Part shown: positions 12,531-23,116 of the stretch, one piece after another
How positions within the stretch are numbered: the stretch's first letter is position 1
Layout of the letters: each line of letters opens with the position of its first letter
DNA from: Mytilus californianus
Taxonomy: Eukaryota
DNA: 64,000 nt
Direction of reading: 5' to 3'
Assembly: GCF_021869535.1 (NCBI RefSeq)
Contig: NW_026262701.1
Coordinates: 44,516,001 to 44,580,000, forward strand
The notes under the pieces: model-generated
Seen by the model: the letters and a program-made list of their open reading frames with translations, nothing else
What the model was told of the DNA's origin: nothing
Database searches by the model: none
Made by a program: the position numbers and the translations under genes

Positions 12531-13699
12531 CTAAAAATGAAAAATAAACATCTGACAATTTACAAAAGATTATCTCTAAAATATTGTTCTTTGTATATTT
12601 CTGTTAGAAAATGTTTTTATTTTAAGGTTTTGTATAATTGAACAATACAAATATTTAATTGAAATATATAATTTAATATTTCTTCATCACAATTAACTAG
12701 AGTACTGTTTTTATGGTTTAAAATGCTTATGCAATTAAAGATCATATCAAACCAAAAAAGAGTTTTCTTTTAAAAAGCATGATAAGATAAGTACACTGCT
12801 GTTTGAAATTATACAAAAATCAACACCAGGAGCTGTCTCATATACTATTTTGAGATGTAGGATCTATTTCTCATTAATGATCCCTCAAGAAATGATCAAG
12901 ATGGACTGCAACCAGTTACATTTTCAGAATGTAAAGTGCTTGTTTGTACATTTTGTACTCCAAAATAAAAAAATGTATCTTTGCTTTTGAAAATTTTGCC
13001 CAAAATGAATTAGATTCTGAAACAATGAATTGCTTTCCTTCATCTTGACCATTGCATGATGGATAAGCAACGGCATCTTTTCCTTTTCCATCAGATGGAT
13101 TTTGACGAAAACTTCACACCAATCTTAAATGTTCTATTGGAGTAGCAGTAGGTGATGCCTTTATATATTCCCAACAATTCATTTGTATGAGTACATATAA
13201 GTCATTCAATGATGATTCATTAAAATATGCCAAACCAATTCTATTTTTGGCAACAAACCTATCATTTGCACCTGGCATGCATTCTAAATCCATTAAATTT
13301 CCATTATCTTACAACAATATGCACAATATCTACATCTGTGTTTCCCTTAAATGGTTAAGACATTGATATGGACAATACCTATATGTCTTTACCATAAGAG
13401 ATTGATTTGCACAATAACCTCTGCATTAATCACACTATAAATGTTACAATAGATTTAATCAAAGTAAGATGTTATTATGCAATACTAAGCATTAATGTTC
13501 TTTTAAAAGAAAAAAAATCTGTCAATTAGATATATAAATCACCAAAAGTTTAAGAGAAAAATTTCTGAAACAGCTTTAATGGTATGATTAACAATTGTAT
13601 GTTTGCATAATTTATTCTTTCATTTTGGGCATCAATAAGAATTTATCCTAAAACCTGATTTGGATTGATTTAAAAATATATATGGCAGAATAATGCATC

Positions 13700-13880
13700 C
13701 CACTTCAGGTGTGGGAGGTCAAGGGAGGTTAAAAAGTAAAGACTTTAAAATTGATATGTTCTCTTTCTCTGCCAAGTATTTAGAAATGCACCTTATCTTG
13801 GCGTCAGAATAATGTGTGTTAGTAGGGTAGTGTGTCATCTTGCTGACTGTTATCTAAGCTGTATTATGTTAAGGCAAGAA
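13700..13880 (+). mobile_element. Degenerate SINE (Meta-domain-like)
   Basis: aagactttaaaattgatatg...tcagaataatgtgt resembles the copy at 38160. Family name is from memory. Confidence 0.4.
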
Positions 13881-13958
13881 TAGACAATAGGAAAATTGGA
13901 AACAGTGGCAAAACTTTATTATGAAGATTATATTGTCAAGTCAAATCTACAATTTTAC

Positions 13959-14142
13959 CTCTGATTTCCAAATTTCTAATCCTATCCTCCATATATTTGA
14001 CATCTCTCTGGTATTTCTCAATCTGATCTGACTTCTTTTTATTATCCTGGGAGAGTTTTTCAAACAGTTCCTGTGTCTTGATAAGTTTTTTTGTTGTATC
14101 ACTCTGTCCCATGAGCATTTGATCAACTTTCTTTTGAAGTTT
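13959..14142 (-). CDS. Coiled-coil protein exon (KLQKKVDQML...IRNLEIR)
   Basis: Acceptor ttttttctcag, donor GAG|GTAAAA, 184 nt, phase 0 to 1; lies within ORF 13936..14181. Confidence 0.92.
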
Positions 14143-14519
14143 CTGAGAAAAAAAGTAAAGTATAAATAACTTGGTTAACAAAATATGATTGCAATTACAA
14201 ATATACTGCTAAAATTATTGTCATTCACGTGCAAGTCATTTACTCAATTTTAATATTTTCTCTGACTTCATGCAGTCATCTATAATGGCGGATTCTTAAG
14301 ACATATATATCTGTTTCTTTCCTATATAAATCCTAATAATCAGATCAGTCACTTTCTACAATGATCAGGTCTCCACAATTGTATACAGTGTGCTTGTTTG
14401 ATAGATCTTAATAAAACCACTTTTTTTTATTCATGTAAACATTCACTGAGGATTTTTACACATTTACTGCATGATGCTAAGTTTTTTAGTTTAAAAAACA
14501 AGATTACCAAGATTTTTTA

Positions 14520-14830
14520 AGGAATGATGATGATGATGATCATTGATGAATTGGTGTTTAACAACCAGTGGCAAATATATCATGTATATCAGGACAGGAA
14601 CATGTTAATATTATAACCCTGCATTGTTATAAACTGACAAGCTTAGTTTGATTTTAAAACTCCCTAGTACAGTCCTCTGCAAGACATCTGTGATCTTAGC
14701 TAGACACATATTCTGACCCTGAACCAACAAGTCACTGACTTCTAAACGTTACATACAGTGTGAAGATGCAGCTATACCAATTTTACAATTTTCTTGTCTT
14801 CTGTGTGACCTGGCTATTGATCCAACCCAC
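14520..14830 (-). mobile_element. Degenerate SINE (Meta-domain-like) with (gat)n tail
   Basis: Reverse complement contains aaaattggtatagctgc...tcagaatatgtgtc, similar to 13700 and 38160. Confidence 0.4.
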
Positions 14831-16108
14831 ATCCGTCCACGCAAAACTTGAGCCCACTGCCGCAAAACTATTGAGGAGGTTCAAGATTTTCAAAGTATAA
14901 GAATAATACTGCATCAAAAGTGATAGAACTTTGGTGAAGTACAAATGTAAGTGAATGAAAATTACAACAGTACAAATTATTGATTTTAATTTGATGCACA
15001 GGATTCATGGTTCTAAAATGAATTTCTTGTATGTGGTTCTTGAATCAAGATATTAGAAATCATAGTTTAAGCGTTTATCCTATATGTAAGATATTGTATC
15101 AAGAAGCTTGTTCATATCTTAAATTATGTTTATATAATTATGCTATCAAGGAATTTGGTGCTGCTTCTCAAGTTTGACGTATAAGGCTTAAGGTTAACAT
15201 GTCATCATATTTTATTTGTAATACATCCTTTTTAGCAACTATATTTATAAAATGAGATGTCAGGTAAAGATATATGAGACAGCAATCCAATAACAAAAGC
15301 AGCTAAAGGACATCATTCTTTATGTGCCTGTCCCAAATCAGGAGCCTGTGGTTTAGTGGTTGTCGTTGGTTCATGTCTGTCATACTGGTTTTTCATAAAT
15401 TGCTTTGTTATAAATTAGGCTGTTAGTTTTCTCAATTGAATTGTTTCATATTATTCATGTTGGGGCCTCTATGGTATGATTTTCCTCATTGTTGAAAGCC
15501 ATATTATTGCCTTATAATAATTGCTTACATCCACTTCATTTGATTCTAAGTCATAAACATATATCTTGGGTGTTTCAAAGCATCATTCTTTTTTTATTTG
15601 GTGTTTCTATAAAATATTTTGGAAACTTGAGGTTACATGGTTTCTAAAGCTTGTAAACAGGAAAAAAAGGGTGAAAATAGATTGGTTAACTTCCAGTAAT
15701 GGTTATTATCCTATATGCAATGAAATGTTATGTGAAATTTTGTCTGTAGTACTGGACAGTATATAAATGTACTCATGTCAAGTATTTCTTTATTTGAAAC
15801 AAAGATAAAAACTGCACAATTTTTTGAAATGTGCCAATTATTTAACAAAGACTAATAGGGGAAAATCAAAGGTGGTATTACTCCTTCAACAACAAACTTT
15901 CCAACTAAATAAAAACATAAGGGTGTGACATACAACAGCTAAACATGGCCTTTTAATTATGGTGCGAGATCTGACTTCTAAAACTACCAGTACATGGACT
16001 TTCATTAAGTAGATGATAAAAAATCAGTGGCATTCGAGTAGTCAATTGTTTGAATAAACTATAGATGTGGTGATGGATCAAAGACATGTACAATCTGAAT
16101 CATGGCAT

Positions 16109-16325
16109 TAAGATGTCAACCAGCTAATTTGAACACTTGGATAACTAGGCCTCCCACAATATATCTTACGAACACGACAGTAAGATGTCAACCTGATAAT
16201 TAGAACACTCAGACAAAAAGGCCTCCCACATTATAGCTTACCAAACACGACAGTAAGATGTCAACCTGCTAATTAGAACACTCAGACAACATGGCCCCCA
16301 CACTATAGCTTACCAAATATGATAA
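16109..16325. repeat. 72-73-bp tandem repeat, 3 copies
   Basis: taagatgtcaacc at 16109, 16181 and 16254. Confidence 0.9.
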
Positions 16326-17404
16326 GATAATATATAGACTTTAAAAATAATTTTCATGTAACTCAGTAGGGGCCAATTGGATTTTAAAGTACATCTCATA
16401 AACTACAAGAAAAAAAGATTAATTTCATATAAATCCTGTCAGACACTCCGATGTCTTAACATTTAATTAAACTGAGCTCTCAATGACAAACTTCATGAAA
16501 TTGCATGTCAAAAAATAATAAATTTCCTTTGCAAGTATTAAGTGTTTCATTTTGGAAGAAATATCTTAAGTAATGCTCGTTAGAAAATTGTTTGGAAATT
16601 TGTGATATGATTGTGCAAGGTATTTGTCTTGCAGCCATGGTTTATTTCATTTTGATCACTCTTTTAGATAATAAATTTCAAAACACTCAAGGTGAAATTG
16701 ATTCAATTAAACATTCAACTTTTCAATAAACAAAAAGATATCATATATCAGTTTGTAATAGTACACTTTTTTTCCTGACCCTTGAATATCCTGGATCAAT
16801 TTCCGTTTAAAAGTTTAAATTATTTTGTCCTCTAACTTTTAAAAATGCTTGACATAGGTTTTGTACTTAATTGTTTAAGTTTTCAAAATCTATACAAATA
16901 TTTCAAATAATCAATTTTTGTAAAGCTTTTTAATTTGAAAGCAAAAAACTTTCGCTTTTTCCATGTGAATAAATCTAAATAGTGATATTTACAAATAATC
17001 AAAGACACAAAATCTTTGAATACCAAACTCAATTTGATCTCACACAAATTCAATTTTCATTTGAGTGTTATAAATGCTACCAAAACAAACATTTTTATCA
17101 CCTTTCCTTTTCAATACAAAGACATTTTTTACTTATTTATAGCAGATATTTAAACATTTAATCTATGTCGACAATAAATCTTATTGCAAATTTTTTTTTC
17201 TTTTTAATTTTCACTTTTCCCCAGTCATTACAGTTAAATGCAACCATAAATCTTAATTACATTGTAATAATTCGTTGAATCAAATAAAATATTGAAATTT
17301 TAACATCCTGGTGTCTCAGGCAAGTGCTATCCCTTACCAACAGTTATATAGAACAATCTTTTGAATATGAATAAAAGTAGATATCAGATTATATAAAAAG
17401 TAGG

Positions 17405-17640
17405 AAATGCCAAAACACATAATTAACAGCGCCTGGTGATGAAACATAACCTGACCGATTTTGGTCTTCGTCAGAAGCAGAATGAAGTAATAATACTTAA
17501 TAGTGGCACACTACCGGTAATTATATTTGTCATATTTTTTTCAGCTGATACACAAAATTAAAATGGCTTCAACCAATGAAAGCTCCATTGAAAGAAGCTA
17601 TTGTCGTTTAGAGACCTCTTTATGTCAGTTATTCTCTCTA
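17405..17640. mobile_element. Penelope-like pseudo-LTR remnant with an inverted hammerhead-bearing segment
   Basis: 17405-17520 matches 55750-55875 in reverse orientation; 17520-17640 matches 55885-56030 in forward orientation. Confidence 0.6.
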
Positions 17641-18691
17641 TTACTTTTGACTGTATGAGACAGCAACCTAACAACACAAACAACCAAAAGACTTTAGCCC
17701 TACAATGATTCTGTGGAAAAAACTGTATGTGACTAATATTTTACAGTAACAGAGAACCTGTTTTGAAACTTGATCATTAAAATATGAAAATGAGGTCAAA
17801 CAAAGGTGAACCCTCACAGAGTTACACAAATTTAGGCCTTACCACTAATTCTAAAGACCAAATATAATTGACTTTATTAAAGAAACTTAATAACTGAAGA
17901 ACTTTATGCTGATTTGATTAAGTCACTCATGAAAATGACTTAATATTCGAATCAACATAATCAAGGTCAACTGTCTAGGCCGGACAACAACTTCAGACAA
18001 AAAAGCCATCTTTATACCAAATATGGATTGGCTTGCTCTCCTTCCTTCAGGAATAAGAGGCTATAAACAATAGTTTAAGGTGTTATAGCTTAATCTTTGT
18101 TGTGTCAGGAAGTCAAGTAAAATAAAAGAATGTTATTACTTGAAAAAGTATAATTTTGTTGATTTTTAATCAAAATTGATCGTGGAAGATCATTCAACGC
18201 ATTATTAAAATTGATCGTGAAAGACAAGGCGTGACCAGACTTAATGACCAGAAAACAACATTTCTTTTACCAATTGATATACTTGTAATTAGTTGGAGTG
18301 TGTAATTACTTACTAAGAATGTAAATTAATGCTGTAATTTTTTTGGAGATATATATATATTAACCCATATTTAGACCTGTTTTCATTTAAAAGGCAATGT
18401 TATGTGTAACTATAGGCATCTAAGATAATAAGACCTCCAGGAGCATAAATTGTCGAAAAGTAAATATCTTTGTATATATTATGCTAAATGCATCCACGAA
18501 TGAGTGAAGCGAGAAGGGGTCTGGTGGTTTTCCTCTGGAAATATCTTAATATGTTTGTTTTTGTTTCCGTAAGGGTTAAATCAAAGAAGCTATATCATTT
18601 CATTTTACATACAGATGTATAGAAGATGTTCTTTTCATTAACAATACAAACTTTTCTGATTGGGTCCCATTAATAGTCATGAACAAGAGAT

Positions 18692-19137
18692 TACAGACAC
18701 CACATACACAGACTTTCAAACCGGTGCCCATGACTTTCAAACTGGCGCGCAAGACTTTCATACTGGCGCTCACGACTTTCAAGAACTGGTGTGCACAACT
18801 TTCAAACTGGTGCTCACAACGCTTAAACTGGTGCGCACAAGTTTCAAAGTCGTGCTCACCAGTTCTTGAATGTCATGCGCACTATTTTGAAAGTCGTGCG
18901 CACCATTTTAAAAATCGTGCCCACCAGTATGAAAGTTGTGAGCTCTAATTTGAAAGTCAAATGCGCACCAGTATGAAAGTCATGTGCACAAGTTTCAAAG
19001 TCGTGTGCACAAGTTCTTCAAAGTCATGCGCACAAGTTTCAAAGTCGTGAGCAAGATTATTCAGACTAGTGCTCACCAGATTAAATCTCTGGCAAACGAA
19101 AAAATGTATATTTACCTGACACTTATGGGGCTCTGTA
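18692..19137. mobile_element. Foldback-like MITE built from 21-bp subrepeats
   Basis: Left half resembles (actttcaaactggtgcgcacg)n and right half its reverse complement (gtcgtgcgcaccagtttgaaa)n; ends at|tacaga...tctgta|at. Confidence 0.65.
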
Positions 19138-20726
19138 ATTGTGCTTTACTATACTGACTGTATTATCAACTACAAAAACTTTTTTGTTGGCGTCTTTGTT
19201 TGATTTAACTGTAAGTGTGTTTGAATGTTGAATATAGTTGTGTTGTATGTCTGTGTATGTTTATACAATTTTGGCTGTTAGATCCAAGATATGGCCTCAT
19301 TAACCAATTATGCCTGTTTGGGTTGCTTACCCAATTTGGCAATATTAATGGAACATTAAACAACTGTCAAACAAGTGGGCGTATTAGCTAGCTAGAAATC
19401 AGATTTAACAATGTTTTTTCCAATTTTTACAAAAATCACCAAGGATCTTCGTTTGATAGATATGACTGTGCATAAAAATTAATGGAAATCAGATGAGAGA
19501 ATCTTAACTTTTCAAACAACATAAAACTTATGCAGGACTGACAGATGGACTTAGATTGTTAAAAGAAACTAGTCGGTGTGTATTATCAAATAATCAGATA
19601 CAATGGCATTGAACCATCATAGCCCTATTCACAAACAAAATATTGTCATGCAAATCCATTCTTTTGTTATACCAATTACAAATATGAAATATCATTTGTT
19701 TAAACAAAGATTTGATCGTTTTTGTGGATTTTTGCAATAATGAATACCGGTAAGTGGCAACAGAGCTTTCATGATCATCAAAATGTGGTACCCGATCTTT
19801 CATGAACAGAAATATCAATTTTTTTACAAATATTACCATGAAGTTTCTGATTAAACTGAATCAAAATAACTTTAAGAACTATTTTATACAGTAAAATTGA
19901 ACGATATTTTTAAGAGAAAGGTAGTTTATGCATTAGAAATTTGAAAAAAAATCATGTTTGTTTACATTTTATTTCTCGTAACTTTCGATGAGCAATCTGC
20001 CTTCTGTAGTTTTGTTAAAACAGTGTACTTTTAAGCCTTGGTTTTTCTCGGATACTAATCATAATGTTGAACCATTTTGACAGACAGTTTTATTTTTCTA
20101 ATATTTGTCACTATAATTGATTAAATTAGATTATTTACTGACATTGCATGTGTCTTCTTGATAAGTTTTATTCACGATCCTATACCAGATCTTTCATGAT
20201 CCAATCTCAATACTTGACCACCGTTACTTATTCTTTCACGATCATTTTCTCGATATACCGAATGACAGCTGTAAAGTTGCCTCTATGGTAATCATACTAC
20301 ATCTAATTTTAAATTAATGTGAATGAAAATGCTTAATTTATACTAGATCACTATAAATTGCTCTTATTCCTAAATGTTGTGGGCTAAGTGGAGAATCAGA
20401 AAATACCAATCAAGTCTAAGCTTTGTCCTGTTTCAGGAAAGACAATGTGATTTTTCCTAAAAGAGAGGCCAAAGAATACCAAAGGGACATTCAAACTCAT
20501 TAGTCGAAAATAAACTGACAAGGCCATGGCAAAAAAGGAAAAAGACCAAAGGACAAACAACAGTATACAAAATAACACCTCATAGCAATATTTTTAGGGG
20601 TTGCAAAATGCCTTTAACATTCCAATTTTGTTAAAAATTCTTAAAACTCAATGTAACCTCACTTAAAAGAAAATGTTACACTTTATCATTTCTACCCAAG
20701 TCTCATCATTTTATTTCTTTAATTAC

Positions 20727-20814
20727 CTCATTTTCAGTTTTTTGTTCATCATATTTTGTTTTGAAGACTTCAAGCTCTTCTACTTTTAACTTCAGTTCAT
20801 TCTTCTCTCTCTCC
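20727..20814 (-). CDS. Coiled-coil protein exon (EREKNELKLKVEELEVFKTKYDEQKTENE)
   Basis: Acceptor tttatttcttctgcag, donor GAG|GTAATT, 88 nt, phase 2 to 0, heptad-like E/K-rich sequence. Confidence 0.9.
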
Positions 20815-20974
20815 CTGCAGAAGAAATAAATACAATAACTATGACATACAGTTTCAATAAAATATATATTATACATTAAGTTTTCAAGCTTTCACTAAAA
20901 ACTGCACACTCTCCTGGTGGTACTCTCAGCATATAGGTTCAATAAAATTATAAATTTATATAATATATAATTAC

Positions 20975-21252
20975 CTTGCTTTTAAATCCATTTTAAAATT
21001 TAAATTAGCAGTGCTACTACCCCTCCTCATGATATGATCATTGGCCATTTTAAAAACAGAATTACGCTTCTGAGAAAACGCATGATTTTTTTCTGGAGCA
21101 ACTACACTGGTATCATCAGGTAGATCACTTGATATTGAGGACTCCACAGAAGGACTGCGTAATCTGGGACTACTAAAACTATCCCTACTCTCCAATTCTA
21201 TATCCTGTGACTCTTCTTTGTTTTCGTGTACCAAATGTTCATTTTCCATCAT
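20975..21252 (-). CDS. Coiled-coil protein gene, proximal first coding exon (MMENEHL...MDLKA-R), acidic and Ser-rich N-terminus
   Basis: ATG at 21252 with an in-frame TAA just upstream. Donor AG|GTAATT at 20974 in phase 2 joins in frame to the exon starting at 20814. Confidence 0.8.
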
Positions 21253-23116
21253 GTAGCGTACTTAAAACTTATATATATCTTCTTTTTTTTTTATCAATCC
21301 TACTTTTTAAATTCAAATAACGAATTTTCCAGTTGAATATATAAATCCTATATCTATTTATTCAACATCATTCAAATTGTTGTAAGCTTTACATTACATG
21401 TAATTCAAACACCATCCATCATGTTAAATGTAAAATTAATAATTCAAGGATGATATACAATGAAACAGAACATTTTGTATCCTAATCTGTTGCTCTCAAA
21501 ACGACATATCACTTCAAATCTGAATACTGTTCATATCAGCTTGCACTCGATGGGACAAGGTGATAGAAATATTGATAATAAATCCAACAATTGCAACCTT
21601 CCTTTAGTTTCTGATAATGGTATCCAGTTAAAAGGATCGGAAATCGTATATAAAAGTTTAGGAATTATTTCACCAATACACTTATTGTGTACACTCCTAA
21701 CATGAACTCGTAAATTATATGTTAAAAACTTAATGACTAAATTAGCAACAGTAAAATCAGCGAAATGAATGACTGCTTATGAATTGCTTTCTATTATTTA
21801 TTGTCACTTTTCCTTTTAAGATAGCCATCAGTCTCGTAATTTTTTGCATGGAATTTTTATTTATTCAGAAACGTAGGTAAATGGGTTTATTACAAATTTG
21901 CGACCCTAATGACAATTCTAAGTGGACCTAATCAATGCATCAAACATTTCCAAATGGAAAAAGGATCAAAGAATTTAATTCTAAATGATAAATGGGCTGG
22001 TTATGAGATCTAGAAATTATAATATAATTTCTCTATTGTTAATGTTAACAGTCAAACAAGTTAATTAATAACAAGTAATTAGTTCGTTAAAATAGAACAG
22101 AGTGCAAACTATATGCTATTCATTGATGAATAAAATTTGTTTTGGAAGTAAATCAGTACAATCAAAACACTGTGTAAAGTCCATTAACTTATTCTAACCT
22201 ACATTTAAAAGGACATGAAAACTTTAAATTTACAGTAATACTGAACATAAAATTAACTAGGTCTCTCAAAATTACTAAATAGATATAAACAAAACTGTTA
22301 CATGGGAATCATTTGCAAGCAGATAAAAAAAAAAGAAAAAGAAAAGAAAAGAAAAGAGTTCCAATATTCTCTCTTTGCATGTTAATATTTTATCTGTCCA
22401 AGGGCAATAACTAAAACATTTTCTGTTTGTTTTGGTTCTTTAAAACCTTTTAAAAATATCTTTGAGAAATCAAGTATCTATACAAATCCTTGGAGAAATG
22501 TAAGCTTGAGAGTAATTCATAAAATACAATTATAATTGATTTTTCCAAGGGGCATAACTCTTTTTAAAAAAAGTTGATTGCCACTGACTTATCTGAGTTT
22601 CTAATTATTGCTGATATACGCCCTCGATATTAACTTCATTAATATCTGGCAAGAATAGTACATGAACAAGCAGTTACAATGCAATTTTTGTTTATAGAAT
22701 TTTCATTTTTCAAAGGGAGATCACTCCTGAAAAAATTAATTGATCAGCACTGAGTTTTGAATATATCCCAAACATTGCTGATACAAACCTTTACTATAAG
22801 TTTGATAAAAATCTGGCAATAATTGTAACTTCAGACTGTAAGCCATTATACAATGCAATTTTACATATAATTATTTCCAAAGTGCATAAATCTTTTTAAA
22901 AAGTTAGCCGGCACTGATTTTCGAATTTGACTGAGACATTGTTAATATAAATTTCATAATAATCTGGAAAGAATTGTACACTTCATAGCACTAACAATGC
23001 AATTTTCCATAAAATTAATATTTCCTAGTGGCATAATTCTTTAAAATAAAATGCTCCGCTGGGCGCAGCTTGATACGACCGCAGAGGTCGAACCCTGAAC
23101 AGTTGGGGTAAGTATG

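Noticed and set aside
13114-13116. TGA in the intronic remnant as a Sec codon served by the 24.9-kb SECIS
   Set aside because: The SECIS is on the opposite strand and upstream of it.
18600-18948. Three overlapping ORFs
   Set aside because: By-product of the 21-bp repeat period.
21460-21705. 81-aa plus-strand ORF with a mirrored minus-strand ORF
   Set aside because: No splice or motif support; more likely promoter or 5' UTR sequence of the coiled-coil gene.
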